Assembly (NCBI GenBank): GCA_049515895.1
Contig: JBEKTQ010000001.1
Coordinates: forward strand, 96,001 to 160,000
Length of the DNA stretch: 64,000 bases
Source of the DNA: Candidatus Bathyarchaeia archaeon
GTDB lineage: Archaea > Thermoproteota > Bathyarchaeia > Bathyarchaeales > Bathycorpusculaceae
Reading direction: 5' to 3'
Shown: positions 38,675 to 48,765 of the stretch, in pieces
How positions within the stretch are numbered: position 1 is the first letter of the stretch
Layout: each line of letters opens with the position of its first letter
Position numbers and translations under genes: made by a program
Notes under the pieces: generated by a model
Seen by the model: only the letters and a program-made list of their open reading frames with translations
Told to the model about the DNA's origin: nothing
Database searches by the model: none

Positions 38675-40021
38675 TTGATTGTTGATTCTGTCCTTACAAA
38701 CCTCAAAGCTTACCTCAACGGGCAAATCGTCGACTGCAGCATAGCCATTGAAGACGGCAAGATCTATAAAATCGGCAAAGAAACCCAAATGCCCAGCGCT
38801 GACCAAAAGACCAACCTGAAAAGCCACCTTGTTCTGCCAGGCTTGATTGACGAGCACGTCCACTTGCGAGACGAACGGAAAGCATACAAAGAAGACTTCC
38901 AAACAGGTACCGCCGCCGCAGCGGCAGGAGGCTTCACCACCGTTTTGGATATGCCTAACAACGAGCCTGTCACAATGAGCGTCGGTGCATTGAGGGACCG
39001 TATGGGGTTAGCCCAAAGAAGAATTCTGGTTAACGTTGGCTTTTACTCTGAATTTCCAAGAAAACTTGCTGAAACCGAAGACATTGTTTCTGAAGGCGCG
39101 GTTGGGTTTAAACTTTTTATGGGTTCCCAAATAGGCGGAATAAACGTTGACGACGACGAAGAACTGCAGGACGCTTTCAAGAAAGTTGCGCCGTTAGGTG
39201 TTACTGTTGCTGTACACGCAGAAGACAAAGCCATGCTAACAGCAAATGAGAACAAACTTAAGCAAGCCAAAAAATACAGCGTTTCGGCTTTCCAAAACGC
39301 TCATTCTGAGATGGTTGAAGCAAAAGCCGTCGAACGTCTACTGAAAATAAGCGCTTCGATTGATGTGCGTTTGCATTTCTGTCACGTGTCCACGAAAGAG
39401 GGTTTGAATGCAATCGTAGAAGCGAAGAAAGCAGGCAGGACGGTAACCTGCGAAGTTACGCCTAACCACCTTTTACTGTCAACTGATGATTTGGAACGTT
39501 TGGGGCAAATGTTGATTATGGCGCCGCCGCTTCGCAGCAAAGACCAAGTTGAAGCGCTATGGAAGGGGTTGGAGTCGGGATGGTTTGATTCTTTGGGGTC
39601 CGACCACGCGCCGCATGCTTTAAGCGAGAAGGCCGCGAGCAGCGTTTGGGACGTTAAAGCCGGCGTTCCAGGGTTAGAAACTACTCTGCCTCTTATCTTG
39701 ACAGCTGTCAGGAAGAATCGCTTATCTTTGACTCAAGCAATTGAGCTTTTGGCGGAAAAGCCCGCGGAAATGTTTGGTTTGGTTGACCAGGGTCGTTTGG
39801 AGAGGGGTAAGAACGCGGATTTAACGGTGGTGGATTTCAACAGCAAATTCAAGATTGACGCTTCAAAATTCAAGTCTAAAGCTAAGTATTCCCCGTATGA
39901 CGGCTGGGAAGTTCAAGGAAAACCAGAGAAAACTTTCGTCGGCGGCCTGCTGGTTTTTGACGAAGGCGAAGTAGTCGCAAAGCCGGGCAGTGGCTCTCTT
40001 ATTCGGAGAGGCAAGATGTGA
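38675..40021 (+). CDS. pyrC: dihydroorotase (type I, amidohydrolase superfamily)
   Basis: PGLIDEHVHLRD, GGFTTVLDMPN, HAED, HFCHVST, CEVTPNHL, SDHAPH. Confidence 0.88.
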   Translation: MIVDSVLTNLKAYLNGQIVDCSIAIEDGKIYKIGKETQMPSADQKTNLKSHLVLPGLIDEHVHLRDERKAYKEDFQTGTAAAAAGGFTTVLDMPNNEPVTMSVGALRDRMGLAQRRILVNVGFYSEFPRKLAETEDIVSEGAVGFKLFMGSQIGGINVDDDEELQDAFKKVAPLGVTVAVHAEDKAMLTANENKLKQAKKYSVSAFQNAHSEMVEAKAVERLLKISASIDVRLHFCHVSTKEGLNAIVEAKKAGRTVTCEVTPNHLLLSTDDLERLGQMLIMAPPLRSKDQVEALWKGLESGWFDSLGSDHAPHALSEKAASSVWDVKAGVPGLETTLPLILTAVRKNRLSLTQAIELLAEKPAEMFGLVDQGRLERGKNADLTVVDFNSKFKIDASKFKSKAKYSPYDGWEVQGKPEKTFVGGLLVFDEGEVVAKPGSGSLIRRGKM

Positions 40022-40506
40022 AGTTCTTAGCCGACAGTATGCTGGGAAAACTTGCACGTTGGCAACGCATGCTAGGACAAGACGTTACGTACAACGTTCA
40101 ACTGAACGATAACGAGATTCTCGATTTAGCGAAGAAGGAAAATCGTGTTGTGCTAACCAAAGATTTAGAGCTTTACCGACGCGCCGCCGCTACAGGTGTT
40201 GATGCTTTTTTTGTTGAAGGTAAATCGGAATCTGAACGGTTGGCGGAAGTTGCCGAAAGGTATGGGTTGACTTTAGCGATTGATATGGAAAAATCAAATT
40301 GTCCCGTATGCAACACGAAGCTTAAGGATACTCCTAAGGAGCAACTTTCAGACGAATTGAAGAAGAACACGTTCACTTATTACGAAAAGTTTTGGAAGTG
40401 CCCAAACTGCGGACAAATTTACTGGCAGGGAGCCCACTGGAAGCAAATCAGCAATACTCTAGGTGAAGCGCGAACGAAACTGCAAAAAATAAAAGAAAAA
40501 AGTTGA
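40018..40506 (+). CDS. Mut7-C RNase domain protein (DUF82)
   Basis: FLADSMLGKLARW, VLTKD, CPVCN, CPNCGQIYWQGAH. Confidence 0.92.
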   Translation: MKFLADSMLGKLARWQRMLGQDVTYNVQLNDNEILDLAKKENRVVLTKDLELYRRAAATGVDAFFVEGKSESERLAEVAERYGLTLAIDMEKSNCPVCNTKLKDTPKEQLSDELKKNTFTYYEKFWKCPNCGQIYWQGAHWKQISNTLGEARTKLQKIKEKS

Positions 40507-40509
40507 GGC

Positions 40510-40752
40510 TTAAGTTAGCCATTTTAACGGTATGTCTTGGAAGGTTCCGTCGGGTAATGTCCGCCTGATAGTTATCGGCAGTATTGATGCGTCAAGTTCC
40601 TTTAAAGCTATGTCGATGGGATTAGTATTTTCACTTGCGTCCACCAAAATCGGTGCTCCCATCGAGATTTGAAGAGCTCTAGCTCCAACTATTCTTGCTT
40701 TCTCGAAGCGAGTAATCTTCGGTGGTCCAACGTTTATTTTTTGTTCTGACGT
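40510..40752 (-). CDS. rpo6: DNA-directed RNA polymerase subunit Rpo6 (K/omega); not in the ORF track; start codon non-canonical (ACG proposed)
   Basis: manual translation gives [36 protein letters not shown]...PIDIALKEL...[12 protein letters not shown]; frame is open only back to the thermosome TAA. Confidence 0.92.
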   Translation of the reverse strand, partial: TSEQKINVGPPKITRFEKARIVGARALQISMGAPILVDASENTNPIDIALKELDASILPITIRRTLPDGTFQDIPLKWLT

Positions 40753-40755
40753 ATT

Positions 40756-42438
40756 TTAGTACTCTCCAGCACCTGGATATCCGCCCATTCCACCCATGCC
40801 TCCCATGCCGCCGCCCATTCCGCCTGGAGGTGTCGGTGGACCTTTCATTTTGCCTGAAGCGATAACGTCGTCGACTTTAAGTATCATGGATGCTGCTTCG
40901 TTTGCAGACTTAATTATCTGTTTTTTTACTGAGAGCGGTTCGAAAATGTTTACTTTTGACATGTCTTGTACTTTTCCTTCTAAAACCTCGATGCCAGCCC
41001 ATGTCTCTCCTTTTTCATGTCTGGTTCTTAGTTCTATAAGTATGTCAACCGGGTCTAAGCCAGCGTTTTCAGCCAGTGTCACAGCTATAGATTCGAGGGC
41101 TTCTGCGAAAACTCTAACTGCAATCTGCTCTCTACCTGGCATTGTTTCAGCATACTTCCTGAGTACGCTTGCCATTTCCATTTCGGGAGCGCTTCCTCCA
41201 GCAACAATTTTCGGCTCTTGGATTAAGTCTCTGATAACGCAGAGTGCGTCGTGGATTGAGCGTTCTGCCTCAGCGGTCATGCGTTGCGTCGCGCCCCTGA
41301 CTAGGAGGGTTACTGCTTTTGGGTTCTTGCAGCCTTCAATGAAAGTCATCTTGTCATCGCCGATTTTGCGTTCCTCAACTAAAGCTGCGTACCCAAGATC
41401 TGAGGGTGAAATAGCGTTTATGCTTGATACTATCTTTCCGCCTGTAGCTCTTGCCAGCTTCTCCATGTCGGACTTCTTGGCTCTTCTAATAGCGATTACT
41501 CCTTTTCTTGAAAGGAAATGCTGAGCCATGTCATCTATGCCTTTTTGGCACACAACTACGTTTGCCCCTGAAGCCAAAATTTTGTTTGTCATATCTCTGA
41601 GCATCGTTTCTTCTTCTCTAAGGAAGGCTTCAATCATGTCTGGGCTTTCAATGGTTATTTTAGAATCTAACTCGGTTTTTTCGATTTCTAAAGAAGCATC
41701 TATTAATGCAATCTTTGCTTTCTCCATCCGCTTAGGCATGCCTGACTGAACGATTTCCTTGTCTAGCAGTATGCCGTTGATAAGTGTTGTATCCATAAGT
41801 GACTCGCCTGTTTTCTTCTCAACCTTTACGTCGTCAACATCTACTTTGTAGACGCCGTTTTGCTTTTCAGCGACTGCGAGCATCGCTTTAACCGCTAAAT
41901 CAGCTAAGTAATCCTTGTGTTCAGCGACGATCTTGCTCCCCATGGCAGTTGTGGCGGCTTTTTTCAGAAATTCTTCCGATTTCAAATCAACTGGCAGTGC
42001 TATTTTCTCAAGGGTTTCTAGCGCTTTTTCGGCTGCCTTCCTGTAACCGTCAATTATTACTGTTGGATGAATGTTTTTTTCGATAAGTTCTTCTGCTCTG
42101 CTGAGAAGCTCACCTGCTATTATGACTGCGGATGTTGTTCCATCTCCTGCTTCATTGTCCTGTGTCTTGGCAACTTCAACAAGCATTTTGGCGGCTGGAT
42201 GCTGAACATCCATCTCATCCAAAATAGTGCGGCCATCACTTGTTATTGTGGTGTCTCCAAAGTTGTCAACTAACATTTTATCCATGCCTTTTGGACCTAA
42301 AGCGCTCCTGACGCTTTCAGCAACAACTTTAGCGGCAGTAATGTTTCCGTGCTGCGCCTCTCTCCCGCGGGACCTGTTTGAACCCTCTTTCATAACCAGA
42401 ACGGGTACTCCCCCCGCTTGTGTTGGAAATGATGACAA
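40756..42438 (-). CDS. ths: thermosome subunit (group II chaperonin)
   Basis: [28 protein letters not shown]-rich C-terminal tail; TTG start after GGAGGT. Confidence 0.97.
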   Translation of the reverse strand: MSSFPTQAGGVPVLVMKEGSNRSRGREAQHGNITAAKVVAESVRSALGPKGMDKMLVDNFGDTTITSDGRTILDEMDVQHPAAKMLVEVAKTQDNEAGDGTTSAVIIAGELLSRAEELIEKNIHPTVIIDGYRKAAEKALETLEKIALPVDLKSEEFLKKAATTAMGSKIVAEHKDYLADLAVKAMLAVAEKQNGVYKVDVDDVKVEKKTGESLMDTTLINGILLDKEIVQSGMPKRMEKAKIALIDASLEIEKTELDSKITIESPDMIEAFLREEETMLRDMTNKILASGANVVVCQKGIDDMAQHFLSRKGVIAIRRAKKSDMEKLARATGGKIVSSINAISPSDLGYAALVEERKIGDDKMTFIEGCKNPKAVTLLVRGATQRMTAEAERSIHDALCVIRDLIQEPKIVAGGSAPEMEMASVLRKYAETMPGREQIAVRVFAEALESIAVTLAENAGLDPVDILIELRTRHEKGETWAGIEVLEGKVQDMSKVNIFEPLSVKKQIIKSANEAASMILKVDDVIASGKMKGPPTPPGGMGGGMGGMGGMGGYPGAGEY

Positions 42439-42592
42439 ATCAAGTAAACCTCCATTTATAATGCGAACAACAACAAATATTACTAGCCATATAAGTTTTT
42501 CTAGGCGAGGTAAGCTGATTAAAGCCTAGGCGGGTCGGTTTTGCATCATTTTGTCATTTTTCGGGGTTTGCCTGTTTTCTTTTAGCCGTCGC

Positions 42593-43096
42593 TTAATAGA
42601 TTGAGACTTTCGCTATTCCTGGAATCTTTAGAAGATCGGAAATTAACTCTCCCGGGATTTTTTTCTCCACTATGAGGGTGAGTTTTGGTTCAGGCGAAAG
42701 TTCTGGGTCATCCACTATTGCCTGTCTTATGCTTAATCCTGCTCTGTTTAGGATCATGGCGGCGTTTGCCAAGATTCCCGGAGACTTTGCGTTCACCGGA
42801 GTTATTTCTAAGACCCCTAGATTGAGATGTTTAGCTATTTCTTTAAGCGAATGCCCCGCTGGCCGCATTTCTTCAAAAATAAGTTTGAGTTCCGGATCGG
42901 ATTCTATTGAGCGTAATGTCTCGTTTACCGTTCGTCGGTCTACTCCTGCGGCTCTAGCGACGCGTACTGGCGGGATTTCGATTTGGTTCAGATATATTTT
43001 GTCGCTTTGAACGCTCAAACCGTTTTCTATTAACACGCGTGCTACTTTGAGTCGTTCGGGATAGTCTTGTAGTTGGTCTTTTATCATGTTCCACAT
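42593..43096 (-). CDS. trpY: TrpY-like tryptophan-responsive regulator (HTH + ACT domain)
   Basis: HTH VARAAGVDRRTV, ACT PGILANAA...IRQAIVDDPEL; divergent from trpB2 with TGTACA boxes between them. Confidence 0.82.
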   Translation of the reverse strand: MWNMIKDQLQDYPERLKVARVLIENGLSVQSDKIYLNQIEIPPVRVARAAGVDRRTVNETLRSIESDPELKLIFEEMRPAGHSLKEIAKHLNLGVLEITPVNAKSPGILANAAMILNRAGLSIRQAIVDDPELSPEPKLTLIVEKKIPGELISDLLKIPGIAKVSIY

Positions 43097-43157
43097 TTTG
43101 TTTCGCTTGTGTATGTTTTTGTTCTTTTAAGTATAAATGGGTTGTTTGACTTCGTCG

Positions 43158-43209
43158 CTTAAACGTACATAATTGTACACAAAAGTTTTAAATAAAACTT
43201 AAACGTACA
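43158..43209. promoter_or_regulatory. TRP-box operator and TATA box of trpB2
   Basis: CGTACA(43164)-N4-TGTACA(43174), TTTTAAATA (43186-43194), CGTACA(43204); CTTAAACGTACA repeated at 43158 and 43198. Confidence 0.78.
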
Positions 43210-43242
43210 CTTCTCTGCTTTCAATTTAAAGGACGAAAAAAC

Positions 43243-44661
43243 ATGTCGACGCCGTTGAAAAAAATATTTCTGAAAGAAGAAGATATCCCAAGAAAATGGT
43301 ACAACATAGTTCCCGATTTGCCCAAGCCGCTTCCACCCTTTATTGATCCAGCCACGAAGCAGCCCGGAGTCGGGATTGTCCCACGAATTTTTCCCAAAGA
43401 AATCATCGGTCAAGAAATAAGCCAGGAGCGATGGATAGACATTCCTGACGAGGTGCGCGAAGTCTACCGTATCTGGCGTCCCTCGCCGCTTTTCAGAGCT
43501 CTCAACCTGGAAAAAGCGTTGAAAACACCCGCTAAAATTTACTACAAGTACGAAGGCGTCAGTCCGGCTGGAAGCCACAAACCCAACACCGCCGTGCCGC
43601 AAGCGTATTACAACATGAAGGAAGGCACCAAACGTCTGTCCACTGAAACAGGCGCAGGGCAGTGGGGTTCAGCTTTGGCTTTTGCTGCAATGATTTTCGG
43701 GCTTAAAGCCACGGTTTACATGGTGCGCGCAAGTTACGACCAGAAGCCGTACCGAAAGATAATGATGAAAGCTTTCGGCGCAGAATGTATCCCGAGCCCA
43801 AGCGCTAAGACGGAGGCAGGAAGAAAAATCCTTGCTGAAGACCCAGATAACAAAGGCAGCCTCGGCATAGCCATCAGCGAGGCAGTCGAGGATGCGCTTG
43901 TCAACGAAGAGGAAACAAACTATGCGATCGGCAGCGTCTTCAACCATGTTTGCTTGCATCAGACAGTCGAAGGTTTAGAAGCTAAAAAGCAGCTTGAGAT
44001 GGTCGACGATTACCCCGATGTGCTTTACGGCTGCATAGGCGGCGGCAGCAGCTTCTCTGGGCTCATGTGGCCATTCTACTATGACCAAGTTTCCAAGAAG
44101 GCACCCAAAGAAACCAAGTTTATCGCAACAGAAGCCACAGCCTGCCCCAAAGTTACCCGAGGACAGTACCAGTATGACCACGGCGACACCGCAAAACTCA
44201 CACCGCTCGTGCCCATGCATACCATAGGTCACGATTTTATTCCTGCACCCATACACGCAGGCGGACTCCGCTACCACGGCATCGCCCCAACCATAAGCGT
44301 CCTGGTCCAAGAAAAGAAGATGACGACCGAAGCGTTCAACCAGCTGGAAGTCTTCGACGCGGCGAAGCTTTTCATACAGACCGAAGGCATAATCCCAGCG
44401 CCTGAACCATCACACGCTATCAAGGGCGCCATCGACGAGGCTTTGCGTTGCAAGAAGACAGGCGAGGCAGAAACCATCCTGCTTGTGCTCTGCGGGCATG
44501 GCTACTTCGACATGGCAGCATACGACGAATACTTCAGCGGGAACCTGCTCCCCTACGAGTACCCTGCAGAGAAAGTTGAAGAGTCAATGGAGAAACTACG
44601 CAAACTGTACCCGTGGCTCGAGGAAGTCAATAAGAAATACATAAGCTGCGAAACCCTCTAA
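43243..44661 (+). CDS. trpB2: tryptophan synthase beta chain 2 (TrpB2)
   Basis: [11 protein letters not shown] (PLP Lys), [30 protein letters not shown]. Confidence 0.95.
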   Translation: MSTPLKKIFLKEEDIPRKWYNIVPDLPKPLPPFIDPATKQPGVGIVPRIFPKEIIGQEISQERWIDIPDEVREVYRIWRPSPLFRALNLEKALKTPAKIYYKYEGVSPAGSHKPNTAVPQAYYNMKEGTKRLSTETGAGQWGSALAFAAMIFGLKATVYMVRASYDQKPYRKIMMKAFGAECIPSPSAKTEAGRKILAEDPDNKGSLGIAISEAVEDALVNEEETNYAIGSVFNHVCLHQTVEGLEAKKQLEMVDDYPDVLYGCIGGGSSFSGLMWPFYYDQVSKKAPKETKFIATEATACPKVTRGQYQYDHGDTAKLTPLVPMHTIGHDFIPAPIHAGGLRYHGIAPTISVLVQEKKMTTEAFNQLEVFDAAKLFIQTEGIIPAPEPSHAIKGAIDEALRCKKTGEAETILLVLCGHGYFDMAAYDEYFSGNLLPYEYPAEKVEESMEKLRKLYPWLEEVNKKYISCETL

Positions 44662-44820
44662 ACCCAACTCTTTCTCTTTTTTGTTTTTTTGGCATGGTTA
44701 ATCGTTTAGAACTGAGAAGGCTTGCGAGTTGATCGGCGCCGTGGAAAAGTCCGAGAATTTGTTCTTTGTGAAATGGGTTGCTTTCTTGGTTTGGGGCTTG
44801 GATTGGTCGCAGGTTGCGTC

Positions 44821-44891
44821 TAGAAATCTCCCTAAATCTCCCAAATTCTCCCAAAATCTCCCAAAATCTCCTTAAATCTCCCCAAAACCTC
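44821..44891. repeat. degenerate 10-bp tandem repeat x6-7 (CCAAAATCTC)
   Basis: tagaaatctc cctaaatctc ccaaattctc ccaaaatctc ccaaaatctc cttaaatctc cccaaaacctc. Confidence 0.9.
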
Positions 44892-44979
44892 AAGTTCTAT
44901 TCCAGATTTATGGCAAGCAGGGAGTTCAACATAGGCATGTTTTTCTTTTCGTTCAAACAACCTAATACCAACTTAGAGG

Positions 44980-46122
44980 TTGACTTTGTCCGTTCCCGAG
45001 AAAAATCTGCCGAAAAAAAACGTGGGCTTCATCGTTAACCCAATTGCGGGAATGGGCGGTGCCGTAGGGCTAAAAGGAACAGACGGCAAAACCGTTCTAG
45101 CCAAAGCCATATCGCTAGGCGCAAAGCCGACAGCGTCGCAGCGGGCAGAAACTTTCCTCTTCGAGCTTGTTAACGTTAAGGAAAGTCTTCGATTGGTTGT
45201 TGGGGCAGAAAGTATGGGTGAAGCTGAAGCGAAGAAGTGCGGTTTCACTTGCAAAGTTGTGGGCGAAGGCAAAGAAGAAACCACGTCGAAGGATACGCAA
45301 ATCGCAGGCTATCAGATGGTAAAGGAAGGGGTTGATTTGCTAGTTTTCTGCGGCGGCGACGGAACAGCCCGCGACATTCATAAAGCCGTCGGCATGAAAG
45401 TTCCCGTACTCGGGGTTCCGACAGGCGTCAAAATGCACAGTGCCTTATTCGCGGTGACTCCTCAAGCAGCCGCAAGGGTTGCCGCCGAATACCTGTGGGG
45501 TGGGTTGCCTCTGCGTGAAGCTGAGGTGATGGATATTGACGAGGAAGCCTTCCGGAAAGGTCGTCTTTCCGCGGAACTCCACGGTTACATGCTCAGTCCG
45601 TATGAGCCCCATTTGATTCAGGGAAACAAACTTGAAAGCCCAATGACCGAAAATGAAGTACGCAACCAGGCAGCCATCGCGGTCTACATCATCGAAGAAA
45701 TGAAACCAGAAAATATTTACATCATCGGACCAGGCACAACAACCCGCACCATAAGCGACCTCTTAGACCAGAAAAAGACGCTTTTAGGAGTGGACCTTTT
45801 CCAAAACAAAAAAATAATCCTGCACGATGCAAACGAGAAACAAATACTCGAAGCCCTAAAAGGGAAAGCCGCGCAGATTATTGTGACGCCGATTGGAGGC
45901 CAAGGCTTCATTTTTGGAAGAGGAAACCAGCAGATAAGCGCCAATGTAATCCGCCAAGTAGGTCTGGACAACATTGTTGTGATCGCTTCCAAAAGCAAGC
46001 TGGATAGGCTGAAAAGTTTAAAGGTTGACACTGGCGATTCAGCCCTTGATGAAGAGTTTCGAGCCCGCGGAATTGGAGTTACAAAAGACTATAAGACCAC
46101 ACAAAAAATTGCAATCGAATAA
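44980..46122 (+). CDS. ATP-NAD kinase family protein
   Basis: VNPIAGMGGAVGLKGTDG, GGDGTARD, PTGVKMHS, GGQGFIFGRGNQQ. Confidence 0.9.
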   Translation: MTLSVPEKNLPKKNVGFIVNPIAGMGGAVGLKGTDGKTVLAKAISLGAKPTASQRAETFLFELVNVKESLRLVVGAESMGEAEAKKCGFTCKVVGEGKEETTSKDTQIAGYQMVKEGVDLLVFCGGDGTARDIHKAVGMKVPVLGVPTGVKMHSALFAVTPQAAARVAAEYLWGGLPLREAEVMDIDEEAFRKGRLSAELHGYMLSPYEPHLIQGNKLESPMTENEVRNQAAIAVYIIEEMKPENIYIIGPGTTTRTISDLLDQKKTLLGVDLFQNKKIILHDANEKQILEALKGKAAQIIVTPIGGQGFIFGRGNQQISANVIRQVGLDNIVVIASKSKLDRLKSLKVDTGDSALDEEFRARGIGVTKDYKTTQKIAIE

Positions 46123-46246
46123 TTCTAAGGTCTACCCCTCCTAAACCTTGGTCGGTCCAGAGAAACCAATATCGCTTTAAATCATAATTTTGGATAATTG
46201 AAATATACCGCCAGCGATAAGTATCCGATGTTATGAGGCATTCACT

Positions 46247-47350
46247 TTGATACCTATTAACCAGCCACAAATAGGCGAAGAAGAAGTTCAAGCAGTAGTT
46301 AAAGTTCTTCGGAGCGGCATGTTAACAAGCGGGCTTGGCGCCGGTCCAGAGGTTACCCGTTTCGAGCAAGATTTCGCCAAATTTGCAGGCGTGAAACATG
46401 CTGTGGCGGTTAACACGGGCACCGCAGCTTTGCATTCGGCTATTATGGCTTGCGGCGTAAAGCTCGGTGATGAAGTTATTTTGCCCAGCTTCACATTTGT
46501 AGCCACTGCAGAAGCAATCGTCTTAGCGGGTGGGAAACCAGTTTTCGCAGACATTGACGCTGAAACCTACAATCTGTCACCCATCGCGGTGGAAAAGTCT
46601 ATAACAAGAAAAACTAAAGCGTTGCTGCCCGTGGACCTGTATGGCTTTTCAGCAGACATGAAACCCCTCAGGGAAATCGCTGAAAAGCATGGTTTAGCTC
46701 TAGTCGAGGACGCTGCCCAAGCACACGGGGCAACTTACGCCGGAAAACCTGCGGGAACCTTTGCTGACGTTGCTTGCTGGAGCCTGTACGCGAGTAAGAA
46801 CATGACCACCGGTGAGGGCGGTTTGATCACGACAGACAACGATCAAACTGAAGAGACGTTGCGGATGATTCGAACTCATGGAGAAAAAGCCAAATACGCT
46901 TCACTGATGCTTGGAAACAACTATCGCATGTCGGAAATGCAAGCTGCAATAGGGAATGTGCAATTACAGAAGCTGCCTTCTTTCTTGGCGAAACGTCGCC
47001 AAAACGCGCAGCAACTGACAAAACTTTTAGAGAAAAGTAGTAAGCTTATCCTGCCATACGAATCGGAAGACCGAAAGCATAGTTGGTACCTGTACACTGC
47101 CCGGCTCAAGGGCGGCACGGAGGCGGGCAGGAATAAGATTTTGGCGGGGCTCAAGAAGCAGGGAATCGGCGCCGAAGCCTACTACGTCAACCCGGTACAT
47201 TTGATGCCGTTTTATCGAGAGAACTTTGGAAGCGCGAAGCTGCCAGAAACGGATAAAGCGTCAACGCAGGTTCTCTCATTGCCCATTCACCCTGCAGTCA
47301 CGGCTGAACATGTTGATTGCATTGGGAAAACTCTTCTAAGCCTCTTGTAG
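46247..47350 (+). CDS. DegT/DnrJ/EryC1/StrS PLP-dependent sugar aminotransferase
   Basis: NTGTAALH, PSFTFVATA, EDAAQAHG, SLYASKNMTTGEGG. Confidence 0.94.
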   Translation: MIPINQPQIGEEEVQAVVKVLRSGMLTSGLGAGPEVTRFEQDFAKFAGVKHAVAVNTGTAALHSAIMACGVKLGDEVILPSFTFVATAEAIVLAGGKPVFADIDAETYNLSPIAVEKSITRKTKALLPVDLYGFSADMKPLREIAEKHGLALVEDAAQAHGATYAGKPAGTFADVACWSLYASKNMTTGEGGLITTDNDQTEETLRMIRTHGEKAKYASLMLGNNYRMSEMQAAIGNVQLQKLPSFLAKRRQNAQQLTKLLEKSSKLILPYESEDRKHSWYLYTARLKGGTEAGRNKILAGLKKQGIGAEAYYVNPVHLMPFYRENFGSAKLPETDKASTQVLSLPIHPAVTAEHVDCIGKTLLSLL

Positions 47351-47477
47351 CTTGGTTTACGCTGAGTTTGTTTCGGTTTGTGCCGTCTCGGGTTAACTGT
47401 AAGAGTTAAATTGAACGTTGCATTATGGATAGCTGAACTTCAGGTTATTTGGATTTTGTTTATAGAGGCATGAGAAG

Positions 47478-47867
47478 TTGAGTAATGAATCGGCAGATGT
47501 TTCGCGGGTAAAAGTAAAGTTTGTAGTCGAGGGTTTAGGTCACGCGGAAGGTGAATTTGTTAGGTTTTTGGCGCCAAGAACAATTGATTACATAATCAGG
47601 AAACTTCCACTTGAAGGCAGAGCCGCCGTCTGGAAAGAAGAAGTTTACTTTGAAATCCCAATTAAGATGGGTGAAGAGAAAGCTAAGCCAACTGTGGAGC
47701 CTGGCACTATTGCGTTTTGGCCTATGGGCGGCGCCATATGCGTTTTCTACGGGACGTCTCAACCCTATAGTCCTGTTAGTACTCTTGGCAAGATAACAAA
47801 TAACTTGGACATTTTCAAGCAGGTCAAAAGCGGAATAACAATACGGCTTGAACTTTTAACTGCTTAA
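47478..47867 (+). CDS. cyclophilin-like fold protein (DUF369 type)
   Basis: APRT..LP, WKEEVYFEIP, GTIAFWPMGGAICVFYG. Confidence 0.85.
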   Translation: MSNESADVSRVKVKFVVEGLGHAEGEFVRFLAPRTIDYIIRKLPLEGRAAVWKEEVYFEIPIKMGEEKAKPTVEPGTIAFWPMGGAICVFYGTSQPYSPVSTLGKITNNLDIFKQVKSGITIRLELLTA

Positions 47868-48346
47868 AATGCCAGTGAACTCTCTTTCCACATTTGCAGT
47901 AGTCTTTCGCACTCATCTTTGACGCTTTGGTCGTCACTTTTCTCGTTTAGAACCTTCAGGAACTCGACTCGTTTTGCGACAGAACGTTTCTCTGCGTTGC
48001 CACCATAGTAAAGTTCCCCTTCTAAGTATTCTTTCATGCTGAATGCTTTTTGCACAAATAGGCTAGCGGCGTCCACAGGGTTCTCGACGGCGAACTTGTT
48101 TGCCCAAATAGCTGCTTCCGTTTCCCGAAGTTGGGTTAAACCGTCAATTTCCATTATTCTTCGAATATAAGCCCTGAAAAAGTCAAAGTAACCCGCTGTC
48201 TTGATTAATTCAAGGACCTGGTTGCTTTTTTCTTTAAAATTAGCCGAGCCTTCAATTGCCAGTTTGTGTTTGTATCCTTGGTCGACTAGTTCCTTAGCGA
48301 TTTTCACTTCTTCCGCCGTGTAAACTCTTTCGGGAAACTCTGTCAA
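47864..48346 (-). CDS. hypothetical protein, possible degenerate zincin-like fold
   Basis: 160-aa ORF downstream of eS25; AASLFVQKAFSM followed by AEKRS. Confidence 0.7.
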   Translation of the reverse strand: MTEFPERVYTAEEVKIAKELVDQGYKHKLAIEGSANFKEKSNQVLELIKTAGYFDFFRAYIRRIMEIDGLTQLRETEAAIWANKFAVENPVDAASLFVQKAFSMKEYLEGELYYGGNAEKRSVAKRVEFLKVLNEKSDDQSVKDECERLLQMWKESSLAF

Positions 48347-48406
48347 AAGAAAACTAAACTCCCACTTTTTCGATTTAAGAAAATCAAAGGGATAAGTTCT
48401 ACAAGT

Positions 48407-48730
48407 TTATGCTGCAGGTTTGTAGATTTTGAGGTTATGGCTTCCGGAGACGAGCTGTATTGCGCCACATGTTTCAAGCTGTTCCAAAAAATCTTTTGCA
48501 GTGCTAATTCGGATGTTGTACCTTGTTGCGACCACATATGGTGTTAGAACACCCATCTTTTTGATTTCAGCGACGATTTTGTCGTTTTTAGCGTCTGGCG
48601 TCACGATGCTGGCGGCTTTTCGCTCTTTCGGAGGCCCCGCTTTTTCCTTTTTCTTCTCTTGCTTAGCTTCGTCTTGAGTGACCTGCTGCTTCTCCATCTG
48701 CTTTATGCCAAGTTTCTTTTTTCCACCCAT
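48407..48730 (-). CDS. rps25e: 30S ribosomal protein eS25
   Basis: MGGKKK, LTPYVVATRYNIRISTAKDFLEQLE, LKIY. Confidence 0.9.
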   Translation of the reverse strand: MGGKKKLGIKQMEKQQVTQDEAKQEKKKEKAGPPKERKAASIVTPDAKNDKIVAEIKKMGVLTPYVVATRYNIRISTAKDFLEQLETCGAIQLVSGSHNLKIYKPAA

Positions 48731-48765
48731 GGATTTTTTCACCTTGATTTTTTTGTTCTCAACAT

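Noticed and set aside
40018-40506. Mut7-C gene (and the PIN gene at 6949-7371) as toxin-antitoxin toxins
   Set aside because: No antitoxin partner; both sit in conserved housekeeping contexts
40770-40835. GGM-type repeats at the end of the thermosome gene
   Set aside because: This is the normal chaperonin C-terminal tail
44627-45038. ORFs 44627-44893 (-) and 44778-45038 (+)
   Set aside because: They are by-products of the 10-bp tandem repeat and translate to low-complexity sequence
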